A stretch of 64,000 nucleotides of DNA from Amoeboaphelidium protococcarum X5 (lineage: Eukaryota; Fungi; Aphelidiomycota), in assembly GCA_023515725.1 (NCBI GenBank), contig JALDTO010000098.1, forward strand, positions 1,266,164 to 1,330,163, read 5' to 3'. The notes beneath the pieces were generated by a model. The model was not told the origin of the DNA, searched no databases, and saw only the letters and a list, made by a program, of their open reading frames with translations. Positions within the stretch are counted from its first letter, which is position 1. Every line of letters begins with the position of its first letter. Shown here piece after piece: positions 41,155 to 51,713 of the stretch. A program made the translations under genes and the position numbers.

Positions 41155-42030
41155 TCAATTCTATTTTAGCAATTCGTCAAACATTAAAAGCATCCTTTGA
41201 GCGTAATTTCGCGGCTCGATAAAGCGCGGGAAATACCAATAGGCGGCCGGTATGAGATACCTACCAATATCACGCAGTCTTGAATAATCTCCTAGAATAT
41301 CTATTATGGCAAGGTGAAAGTATCCGTCATTGTACACATCCAGCAGAAAACTATAGTCATTAACGTTGATACTGATGAGGAACTTTACGTCTTCTTCCAC
41401 AATTAATCTCAAATTACTGATTCTTGCAGGATCTCTATTAGTCGCTGGTTTGTCATCAAGATACCGTTTATAATCGCGGATATCACGTCCATGAAGTAAA
41501 TCTTTCGCTTTAATATCGTAAGAATCGACTTTCTACCTCTACATCCTCACTATCTGATCATTATCGATTCCACTCATAGGATCGACATTAGACATTAGAA
41601 CAAGGTAAATCTTCTTTCTCTGTCTTTATCCATCTGCACCTTCACTTACGCGATATGCTCCCAAGAACTTGCATAAAATACTATTAGGATTTCGCGCTAG
41701 ATGCTCTTCATACTTTGGCAGTTATCTAAGCAGGTATTACATCTCATGATGAGCCAGCGATTTAATCAGAAACTGATCGTCGTGAGTAAAGAAGAACGTC
41801 GATCCTGAATGAGCCAACTGCCCGGCAGAGTTTAGCGGTTGTGACATTGATTACAAAATCTATTCCAGATTAACGTTTAGTGTCTTTCGGATTTTGTCAA
41901 ATACCAGAGGATTATATTTTTTTACATTTATTTACTTATAATCCTGATTAGTTATTTTTAACCCATATTTTTCGCTGACTATTTCAACATGATCATCGTC
42001 TGCAAAGTGGTTTTCGTGAGGCTCATGACT
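41155..42030 (-). pseudogene. Phosphatidylinositol-phosphate kinase (PIP5K/PIP4K family), main 3' part; interrupted by the 42031-45767 insertion
   Basis: YNPLVFDKIR, HSGSTFFFTHDDQFLIKS, YDIK, DYSFLL and AIIDIL motifs. There is no in-frame ATG on this side of the insertion. Confidence 0.8.
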
Positions 42031-42076
42031 GATTTAGTCCGTCAGTTTTTATATAAAAACTGACGGACTAAATCAG
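42029..42076. repeat. Perfect 48-bp palindrome at the left end of the insertion
   Basis: CTGATTTAGTCCGTCAGTTTTTAT|ATAAAAACTGACGGACTAAATCAG, with no spacer. Confidence 0.97.
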
Positions 42077-42740
42077 AAAACGGAAAAAAGTCGAAAAAAA
42101 TCCGTGGAAGAAAAGTAAAAAACGGAAAAAAGTCGAAAAAAATCCGTTTTTGGGATCTTGAAGTTTGTGGAAGTTTTGTAGATTACTTTTCTTCCAATGT
42201 CTGTATCACGGTGTAATTTACTGCGGGTTTGGAATACTTTACAATTATGCGGGGTTAAGAATTGTCTTGGGTGTTTTTGGGTGTCTTTGGGTGTCTGAAA
42301 GCGCCCCGATGATTTTAAAGCGCTTTTTGTCATTTTTGTCATTTTGCGGGGGTCTTTTCTCCTAAAATAGTTTGGGTGTTTTGGGTGTCAAAAAAAGGGT
42401 CCAAAAAACCGGTCCTGAGAATAAAAACTTTTTTCACGATGAAATTTTTTTTGAAAAAAGTTTTTATTTTTCAGGACCAACCCATTTTTTACAAGATCTC
42501 ACACCCAAACTATTTTAGGAGTACTTCTCCTACTTATTAAAATATTATTATTTTTTTAGGTATAAATTTACTCCTATATTTCTGGGTGTTTTGGGTGTCT
42601 TTGGGTGTGGGAAAGCGCCCCACCCAGAAAAAACAAAGACGCTGATTGGTCAATATTTTAGGGAGACGTAAACAAAAACCCCGCAGTAAATTACTACGGG
42701 GTTAGTGTGATTTGGTTGGTTGGTGGTATTTGGTTGGGGT
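42077..42740. repeat. Origin-like region with direct repeats and three nested inverted repeats
   Basis: 29-bp DR at 42077-42105/42119-42147. IR pairs at 42213-42227/42680-42694, 42359-42379/42501-42521 and 42411-42436/42452-42478. ~40-bp DR at 42268-42307/42583-42621, built from TTTGGGTGT units. Confidence 0.9.
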
Positions 42741-42750
42741 TGTGTGGGTT

Positions 42751-44940
42751 TCAAAGACTACAATAATCTGTTTCTTAAACTACTAATTTCATATTCTCAA
42801 TCACTAACCTTTTAGCTCTATTCTTTTCGTTGTATTTGCTACAACATCCCTTGACAGCTTTGTTTTAACAGCTTTTACAGATATGTTGATATCTCACTTT
42901 AAAATCATTCTTCTACAGTACTTCATTGTCTTTGTCAAGGTATAAATCTATTCTTTAATTTGGAAATTTCACCTTGATATACTAATTTAAGCTGTTCTTA
43001 AATCTATCCCATGAAGTTTACGCCCCTTCTTCATATGAGCAGTAATATCTTCTACCCTTATACTCTTCTCCAGCATCATCAAGAAATTTCTAAACAACAT
43101 TGACTTGTTCAAAAATACTGCTTCTCAAACTTCTAAAGTATTATGGACAAAAAGTCCAAAAGTCCTAACCACTCGTTTTGATATGTTCATTGATATCCCA
43201 ATACACTCTCAAAGCCTTCAATAAAATCCCAGGAGCTTCAAGCTGTATTTTCTTGTCCAAATTAACATCCTTCTTATGACTTCTTTTTGTAAAATGAAAT
43301 GGAACAATTCTTCTCATATGTTACTCTTCACTGTAATCTAACCATTCGTTTCCACAGGTTATAATATTACTCTTCCACTCATCAATTTCTTCAGGCTGTT
43401 TACCTTTAACCGGAACAAGTAATGACTCTCCGGCAACCATCTTTAAGAACTTTTCGGATGCAAGATTATTACTAAATCTTTATTGGACTTCAAGACACAT
43501 TAAAAGTTCTTTATCTACCCAGCTCATCATTCCAAAGGTCTTTTCATTTTAAGCTTCAATCTAACCTATAAATTTCATACCTATTAAATACTATATAACG
43601 TTCTTCAAAATTGTAGATTTGCCTGTCCCGCTTCCTCCTCTGATGTGAAACATAATTTGTAGGTTATCTTCCTAAGGACTAAAAAAACAGCGTCCTAAAG
43701 CAAACAAGAAGTATTTAATGACCTCATCTTTTTCTTCTAAACCCCCAAATTGATAATTAAGCATTTGATCAAAGTTAGGGGTCTTTTGATCTTATTAGAT
43801 TTCTTAATCTATATAGTTTCTAACAACAATGTCTGTGTCCACTTTCAGGTCTTCATATGAAATGTAAGCAAATGTCCTAATGTTAAATATACCGTTCTTA
43901 AAACCAATCCAATCTAAATCTCTCTTCAAGTCTGTAAATGCATTGTTCTATTTCAAATATCTAATCATACTTTCAAAGTAGGAGCTCTTAGTGGAAAAAA
44001 GATTGTAAAATGAATTCTCTGTATTGAACACTACATTTTTGACAAACTCTTTGAAGTTGACAAACTTTTTGTAAACACCAGGTTTACCTTCAATTTACTT
44101 GTATACGTCTTCGTTGTAAATCTTACACTTTAATTTGTTGAATACTATAATCATCTCATGTAACAATACCAACTCAACAGTCTCTTTATCTTCGTTTTAC
44201 TATAACTTGATCTCTTTGTATCCGCAGTTTCCAAAACATTTTAATATGATATTATTCTAGTTTATAACCGCATAACTTTAACAATGTGAATGTTATTTCC
44301 CACTAACAAGACACGTAATTGAATTATTCCAAAAAGATTTATTGTTTGAAGTCAACCAATTACAATCCAACCCCAACTTTTGGTTTAATAATTCTTGTTT
44401 TCTTTGTCCACAATCCTTACCATTCTCTTTAATGTTGGTCATGTCCATTATTTTATCAACCATTTCCTCATTCATTTCTATAATAGGACAGTCCTTTTCT
44501 ACGGGGTAAAGCTCACCTTAAAAAGCACATCCGCCGTTTGTCAAGAGATCAATACTCATACCCCCAAGTTTAATAATTGGTTTCTTTAGTCTTTAGTCGT
44601 ACTTGAAGAACATATGGACACCACCACTAGGACTTTTAAAGGTAAGTGTGTTTAAGTCAGTGTAATCAAATCCAAAGACCTCTTGAAACTGTTCAATACC
44701 GTTGTCAATATTGGGTTTGACATCAATATCAAGACATATTAAATTGTATTCTTCACCCAATTTAACTCCTATATGACGGTCATTGATATTGAAATCATTA
44801 GACTAGATATCTCTCCATTTCTTTTTAACGCTTGTTAGGACTTTTCCATCTTATTATACTGTCTTTTCAACACCTCCAAATACTACACAGTCCTTAAAGT
44901 AGTTATTGACGTAATCAGTGATTCTAAATTGGCTTACCAT
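42751..44940 (-). CDS. Prim-Pol (bifunctional primase/polymerase) + D5-type SF3 helicase, 729 aa
   Basis: LICLDIDVK and KSPSGGVHMFFKY (AEP motifs); IGFKNGIFNI (D5_N); Walker A GGSGTGKST; motif C IITCGNE; RRIVPFHF; C-terminal CKSC..KGCC. Open only with TAR=Gln. Confidence 0.9.
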
Positions 44941-45024
44941 TTTGTTTAATCTTGTCTAATCTTGTTTTTCTTTAATAAGTATTAAAGAAAATCTTTTAAA
45001 TAGATTACGTTTGGGTTTAGTAAT

Positions 45025-45357
45025 TCAAACTTAGATTAAAAAGCCTCTTTAATGCTTGTTCTTTGTTGACTACTTGGTTTTATAAATAGCATTCATACTG
45101 AGTTTGAAAGCCCCTGAAAATTCGCGCTTACATTTCTTATTGTTTGGAAACATGGTTTTAAAAGTTTCAAACAGTTCAACAGTTGAAATGAAGATAAAGT
45201 CTTTATAGTTTGACATCTTCTAGCAGCTGAATTAGTTGTAATTATTCTTGACGTATTCCTTGAATTTTTCAACGTCTTCGTCTTTTTGTGTAATTCTAAC
45301 CTCTAGTAGCTGCTTTTAGAGTTGACTTAGTTATTAGAGAATTTCCTGTTCATTCAT
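45025..45357 (-). CDS. Small protein, 110 aa, putative winged-helix DNA-binding (D5 C-terminal-like)
   Basis: Coiled N-terminus, then FKEYV...ISTVELFETF...KREF...QRGF; AAAATG start. The fold is inferred. Confidence 0.55.
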
Positions 45358-45368
45358 TTTATTAATTG

Positions 45369-45431
45369 TATAGATATAATTTTTTTTAAATAACTTAGAT
45401 AAAAAGTTATTTAAAGTTTTTTATATCTATA
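45369..45431. promoter_or_regulatory. Symmetric bidirectional promoter-like inverted repeat between the divergent element ORFs
   Basis: TATAGATATAA..TTTAAATAACT / AGTTATTTAAA..TTATATCTATA. The same motif precedes both ATGs (45357 on -, 45447 on +). Confidence 0.55.
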
Positions 45432-45446
45432 ATGTTAAAGACAAAA

Positions 45447-45614
45447 ATGAACGGAGTTACAAGTATTGAAGATAATTTCTATTGGTATTTTTCAAATGGC
45501 TAGATTTTCAATAAGAAGTAGGGATAATTTTAAAAGCTGAGCCCAACAGGTGGATATTTAAAATTTAAGGATAAAAATGTGAAAAAAACCGTAGGGGTAC
45601 ATCGTAAAATATAC
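45447..45614 (+). pseudogene. NUMOD4/HNH endonuclease N-terminal fragment, truncated by telomeric repeats
   Basis: YWYFSNGQIFNKKQGQFQKLSPTGGYLKFKDKNVKKTVGVHRKIY runs straight into the repeat tract. Confidence 0.65.
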
Positions 45615-45767
45615 AGGCAGGGCAGGCAGGGTTAGGGCAGGGTTAGGGCAGGGTTAGGGCAGGGTTAGCAGGGTAGGGCAGGGCAGGGTTAGGGTTAGGC
45701 AGGGTAGGGGAAGGGCAGGGTTAGGGCAGGGTTGGGGCAGGGTTGGGCAGGGTTAGGGCAGGGTTAG
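45614..45767 (+). repeat. Interstitial telomere-like tract, irregular (TTAGGGCAGGG)n
   Basis: TTAGGG and CAGGG units interleaved with variants over ~150 bp. Confidence 0.92.
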
Positions 45768-45833
45768 AATTCCCAACCAATGCAAAAATAATTAATAGAT
45801 GATGCTCGAGCACGTTGATTTTGTTGATTTCAT
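45768..45833 (-). pseudogene. Probable first 22 codons of the interrupted PIP kinase
   Basis: MKSTKSTCSSIIYQLFLHWLGI joins in frame to SHEPHENHF at 42030. Confidence 0.6.
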
Positions 45834-46716
45834 AATCACTGCTAATTCTGGTCTTCATCAACTGAATGAATTGGGCTCTCAGTACGCGATTCCTTGGTAC
45901 ATTGAAGATGTCCTTGTGGGATATATGAAACCAGACTTTGTGAAACTGGTGATGAGCTAATGCGAAGACACGTTCATAATGGGTTATTAGAATAAGCGAC
46001 TGCTGTTAAATCCGCGTTATAGTACCTTCCATTAGCGGTCTGTGGCTTTGTAAGACGCGATGCTTAAACTGTATCATTCTTAGTTGATTTAAGTCAAGTT
46101 GCGATACGAACTTTATCTTGTTTGCGGTGAATTAGGATCTGAAGAAGCTGTATGTGTCGTTGAGCGTGCCTTCTCAAAATTGCTTGGTATCAGGCAATAT
46201 GGTAATCATCTCAATGGATACGTGATCGACACGATTACTGGTGAGATGAAGATGTATGTCTGTAAACGATCATAAAGTAAATCTTAATATCCAGGGATGC
46301 TTGATAACTTGGTAGGCGGCGGCCGTCCATATTTGATGAGAGATTTCGATAATATTGTCAAAGAAGCATGGGAAGAAGTTTCAATGCCACCTGAAGTTGC
46401 GCGTCAATGCAAATAAGTTGGCTCTGTATCTTTTGTAAAAGACCATTCAGAGGGCGGAATTATCCGTGAGACGGAGGTGATATTTGACATTGATCTATCC
46501 ATTGGTAGTAAGAATGGTGATGACTTCTAACCAGTGCCAAATGACGGCGAAGTGTCTGAGATTTACCTATGGTCTATACAAGACGTGGTTAATCGTTTGG
46601 AAGATTTTACACCTGAGGCTGGCTTGATAGTCATTGACTTTCTCATTCGCCATAAATTTATAGACTAGCATTCATAATATGCTAAGATTATTAAATTATT
46701 ACACTAAAATATATGA
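45799..46716 (+). CDS. Nudix hydrolase, YJR142W/thiamine-diphosphatase-like
   Basis: VERAFSKLLGIRQYGNHLNGY, KRSQSKSQYPGMLDNLVGGG, KEAWEE, PNDGEV, DFLIRH. Confidence 0.88.
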
Positions 46717-46797
46717 TTTCTTAACTTGCGGCAAATGCATTACTCTCGTTTCATTTTCTGTTTCGTCTAAACGCGTCTTGAATCTTCAATTCCAATT

Positions 46798-48497
46798 ATG
46801 GACCATGATTAGAGTTTTGAAGAGTTTGATCAACTGCTGCAGTAGTCTCTGGATGTGATAGACTCTGTGAGTGCGTCTCAATAGCCACAGAAGGGAAATA
46901 TTTAGAGTAATAAGCAGTTTGCTAACATTTCTGTTCGATTCACTGAAGCTCTTAAAATTCATGACATTCACTCTGTCCAATCAAGTTGTCAACAGTCTGA
47001 TAAACAGCCATTGGAAGAAACTCAATCATATGCCCGTAAAGTGGTTGATGATAATTTAAGTAATCCTTCGCCTGAGAATGAAATCATCATGTAAAAAGAT
47101 GGCGAAATTAGTATTCTGAGGGAGAGACTAAAGAGCACGGAAGGTGAATTGGAGAAATTGAAGAAGCAGATGGATGGTGATCAGAGGAAGATTGAGCAAG
47201 AATCCAAGTAAAACTAGTCATTGTACGAGACGGAGATTTAACAACTGAAAACTCAGATTGCCTTCCTTATGAGTGAGAAATAGTTTCAAATGGCTCCTGT
47301 AAACTCTGCTGTATAACCTGATAAATAATAGTTAGCCATACGTTAAAAGTCTAGTCGGGACGCGTCAGTGATGACAACCGCGTCGATTGTTTCAAGTGGT
47401 CGCCCAGCTAGAAAGTTCAAGATCAAACGTAGAATAGATCACCATGTGGACATATTATTGGCTTTGATAGCAAAGTTTCCCAATAGTTAATTACCTGAGG
47501 ATCTAGTCTCGTAATTGATTAAGCAAAAACCAAAGATGTGCGTGCTGCTACCTCAACTCCTGGAAATTTTGTAGCTGGCTTAAACGACTCAACGTTAAGA
47601 TGTCTTTGATGCTATTAATCGCGTGATAATCGATAATTGTGATTTCATACTAGTTGAAGATGCTCGCACTTTTGTTGATAAATGTGTCCAAGCGTTGGAT
47701 TCTTCTCTAATGCCTGGAGTAGTTATCTCAATCATTGCGGTGGTCAGAAAGTATCCAGAGCTGTTCTCGTCTGAGGTCTTGAGTTTGATGTTGAATGCTT
47801 CTTAATACTTTGCAGATGTGCTTTAGTTATTGACTATCGCTTGTACTGATGATGCACGGATTAATGTGTATTTTAGCGTGCCTGATAGACTCAAGTTGAT
47901 ACAAAAAGGAATGTACGACACTGCGAGTCCCTCTCCTATCCGCAATGACATTTTCTCCGTTCCTAGAGAGTAAAATGTCTAAAGACTTATCGATTTTTAT
48001 CGGTATATGTTGAGCTCTATTTACAAGAATGAATAGTTGCTTCAAAATTTTTGTCAGGAGGTAAAGATTTAGTATGTTATTATCTGTTGTCTCATGTGAA
48101 CATGTCCGTGTAGTGCCTTCAGGTGTTATTACCGTATGTCAAAGTTACATTTGAAAACTTTTATAATACCAATGAAAAGCCTGGCATTGTTCTAGAGTAA
48201 TCTCTCCATCTACTTGGTGATGTATATCGGCTCAATCCGGCGCTATTTATTACGTGTCTGAAGAATACAGAGACTTTCTTACCTCCTCACCGACTGGCTG
48301 TGAGTGCAACTGATTTGCTGTATGTCGTCCTTAAAGATGCAATGCACGAGATTCAGTAGAATGTTCAGTCTAACATACTGCAAAACTCTCTAGGTATGAC
48401 TTTCATCTGAATGCCTATATATTTGTTTGTCGTGATTACTGAAGAATGTGTAGCGTCCATCAAATTGTTAATCCAGGCTATTAAACAAAAGACTTGA
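46798..48497 (+). CDS. ATRIP/Rad26-like checkpoint protein; two 3' introns (~48061-48113, ~48394-48453)
   Basis: KDGEISILRERL coiled coil ...EIQQLKTQIAFL, followed by a helical region; GT..TGTAG introns. Confidence 0.55.
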
Positions 48498-48746
48498 AGC
48501 AGTGCATTTGATTCAATGTACTTCCACTAAGAATCTCGCACATAATTGCAATGGTACACAACTCTAAAATGAAGGCATTGTAAATAATATTGTACCATTA
48601 CTCTATATGGCATAATGCTGTTTGCTGTATATTCATCCTGTGCTCATATCCAGTGATCTCGGTAATTGAAAGCCGGAAATTGACTGACGCGTTAAATTCT
48701 CTCTTTCTCTTCCGTTGAACGAAACTTTGCTTTTATTGTAGATCGA

Positions 48747-49112
48747 ATGGATATCACATGGGAAAAGGCGGTAAGAATGCATTATAATACTTGAATGATT
48801 TCATTATTAATAAATAAGCTGAGTATTATGTAGGATTTTCCAATTGCTTGCGAACGATGTCTAGGTGAAAATCCGCATATGAGAATGAATAAGGTGGAGT
48901 ATGGAGCGTAGTGCAAAATGTGCAACACCCCTTTCACCGTATTCAAGTGGAGCCCTGGTAGAAATATGCGATATAAAGTGACTGCTATCTGTTAGAAATG
49001 TGCTAGAGCGCGTAATGCATGTCAAACATGTCTTAATGATTTGGATTTGGGTATAGATTCTCACACTAGAGATGTTGCGATGGGAAGTAGAAGTGTTAGT
49101 AATAGACGATGA
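48747..49112 (+). CDS. Slt11/Ecm2/RBM22 N-terminal zinc-finger domain only, 100 aa; intron 48771-48833
   Basis: WEKA|DFPIACERCLGENPHMRM..CKMCNTPFTVFKW..ICQKCARARNACQTCLNDL, then TGA. Confidence 0.85.
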
Positions 49113-49178
49113 ATATCTCATTTAATTATGGCCAGAGATTAGTTTTTGAATTTAAATAAATGATTGATATTATATTAA

Positions 49179-50009
49179 TCATTTGAGTTCATGTAACTTG
49201 CAGAGTCCAAGAGTCCTGGTCAAATCTTCAATTTCAACGTCATGAGTGTCTTCAACCTCACCCCACATCATCGTCTGATGGATAGTCTCTAGTCGTGCGG
49301 CCTGTACTGCCTTCTCTACACTTAAATCAAGGTCACTCAAAGCCATAGCAATAAGCCAGGACTTGGAATTCATAACAGCCTTTTCAAATGATGCCAACTT
49401 TAACGCGTCATACTAATCAACTATGCTCAGTAGGCGCTCAATAGCATGGCGATCTTGTGTGATTGAAGACAGGCCATTTGTGGTTTTCAGATTGATCTTC
49501 AACTACTCTTGCACAGTATCAATGATAGGTAGCCACAATTACTCTTACAGCTCTATAATCTAACTTGAAGTGTCCTGCTGATATAGAATCGAATCTGTAT
49601 CAATATATCTCTACAAAAACTTCAAAGTCTAACTTCGGACAGTCGTGTCAGTCTGAAATTCAATGGCGCGCGTCAACAGAGAAGTCGCCATCAAACTGGA
49701 TGATTTCAAATGATCTACATCTTGTGCATCCCATTCATGTGCCACAATCTCGGCCAGAACGCGTGATGGAGCCACAATTATTTGACTATCAGGCGTTCTC
49801 AGAGGACGCGAATCTAACCGTATCACGTAGTTATTCGTAGCTTAAGGACGCAGAACGACCGCCTTCTAAAGTTGATCACGCCCCAGCGATGATAAGTCAT
49901 CCACTTCAACCTTTTTCCAAAATTTCTTCAAAGTCTTTGGCAGCGCAGAGGATTAGAATCTCTTCGACAGAATATAGGCAGCGTTTCTTCTGGATACAAT
50001 TTTCTACAT
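49179..50009 (-). CDS. ATP12: Mitochondrial F1-ATPase assembly factor
   Basis: KKFWKKV, LDSRPLRTP, AHEWDAQ, AARLE..QTMMWGEVEDTHD. Confidence 0.9.
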
Positions 50010-50117
50010 ACTAAAGAGTGCAACTATTTTAAGTGTTCAGTTCTGATCGTATTTTCATCAAAAGAGCGAGATCTCTCCGCCATTGTTTACTCTGCGAGAA
50101 AATACGTAAGAGAGAAA

Positions 50118-50573
50118 ATGAGTTTATCAAATGCGTATAGGCGTGTCTTGAAGGCTTCATTAATGGCTTTCAAAGGTGATAGCTAGGCCAAACAGAGTAT
50201 GATATCGTAATTTATCATGCATATCATGATTTTGTGTCAAAGTGTAGAATTTAGGCAAGAGTTTAGAGCAGAGTGCTAGAAGTATAAGACCACTTAAAAA
50301 GTAATCTAATCTATAAAGCTATCGGAATATTCATCATACATTATTGTTACTTGTAGAAGCTCGCGTTAGCTGAAGGTGTCAGTTCTTTATTAGAGCATAA
50401 TGTTGCGAAAGCTACTTTAAATTAATAGACAAATAGATTAGGTAAGTCTGTACTCACAACATGCATCGCTTAACGCTCATATCGTTGATGTATTTAAGTT
50501 TATTGTAGAGTTGAGAATTGATCCTAGCAGACATTAGCTTGGAGATAATAATGATAGATTCTGTAAGAAATGA
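50118..50573 (+). CDS. MZM1: LYR-motif complex III assembly factor (Mzm1/LYRM7), three short introns
   Basis: AYRRVLKASLMAFKGD, LLEHNV, ELRIDPSRHQLGDN across GT..TGTAG introns. Confidence 0.7.
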
Positions 50574-50735
50574 AAGTTATAGATTTTGCTGTCTTGCACA
50601 GTGTCTATCATACTTAACGTGGTAATAATTCCTGATTAACACGTAAGTTCGATTCCAAGGTAAATGGCACCATATTCAAGCTGACTAAATAAAAAGTAAG
50701 CGCAATAACTCTATGTCAAATAATCTTCACGCTGT

Positions 50736-51713
50736 TCATTCTTACTTTTGGGATGGCGCCTCCAGATCCGGAACTATAATACTCTGATTACTTAGTGCAA
50801 ATATTCCAGTCTTCTTTACTGGCTACTTCTTACGAGCGTTCACAGTAGGACGCGCTTTGATGATCATTGGGTTCAAGTGCTTCTTCACAGTAAAGACACC
50901 CTTAGTAATCTTGCCCCATGGCGACGTGGATGGCATACCACGACCTCTACCGCGACCTCCCATCGGATGATCGACAGGATTCTGTGCAACACCTCTAACA
51001 CTTGGCCTTTTACCGCGTCGTCTATTCGCACCTGCAGTTCCCAAGATCTCCAGCTTATGGAATGGATTAGACACTGTGCCAATAGTAGCTTTCGCTCCAA
51101 CAGGGATAAACCGAATTTCACCAGAACACATTTTAATCTATGCCAAACCTTTCTAACCTGTTCTTAGCAATTAAGCATATGTGCCAGCAGAGCGCGCAAT
51201 CTTGCCCGCTTCACCATTCTTGAGTCCGATATTGTGAATCAGAGTACCTGGTGGTATGGCTGATAGCGGCAGACAATTACCAATATCAGGTGCAACGCTT
51301 TCTCCATTATGCAACACTTGACCTGGAACGACGCCCTTTGGAGCGACGATGTAACTCAACATATTACTCTCCAGGTGCTTTAACAATGCGATGCGCGCAG
51401 ATCTATTAGGATCGACTTCGACGCGCATCACCTCATGCGCACCCTCACTAGATCTATCCCAATCCATCAGGCGATATGAATGCTTCTCTCCACCACCTCT
51501 ATGACGCGCCGTTATCCGTCCAGTATCTCTACATCGACCTCCAGTCTTGTGCAATTTAGTCAATAGCGATGGGATAGGCGCTCCTTGATATAAATCATCC
51601 GTTTTAACTAAACGTTTATGTCTCAATCCAGGCGTTCTAGGCTTCCATACGTTGAAAAACTATAACAAGGTAGCTGGTAATTACTAACTATGGCGCACTA
51701 ACGTCGGCTACAT
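50736..51713 (-). CDS. RML2: Mitochondrial ribosomal protein uL2m; start uncertain
   Basis: KPRTPGLRH, RHRGGG, DPNRSARIAL, RSAGT, PSVRGVAQNPVDHPMGG. Confidence 0.9.

Larger units (their letters stand above)
42031..45767. mobile_element. Integrated plasmid/virus-like replicon fragment (palindrome - repeat region - primase-helicase - wHTH - truncated HNH - telomeric tract)
   Basis: AT-rich block with virus-type genes. Removing it restores an in-frame PIP-kinase gene. Confidence 0.8.

Noticed and set aside
46765-46780. ACGCGT (MCB-like) boxes upstream of the ATRIP-like gene, ECM29 and SLT11
   Set aside because: The hexamer is also frequent inside coding regions here; enrichment cannot be shown by eye.
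50615-50675. GTTCGATTCC T-loop-like motif suggesting a tRNA
   Set aside because: There is no T-stem or acceptor-stem pairing.
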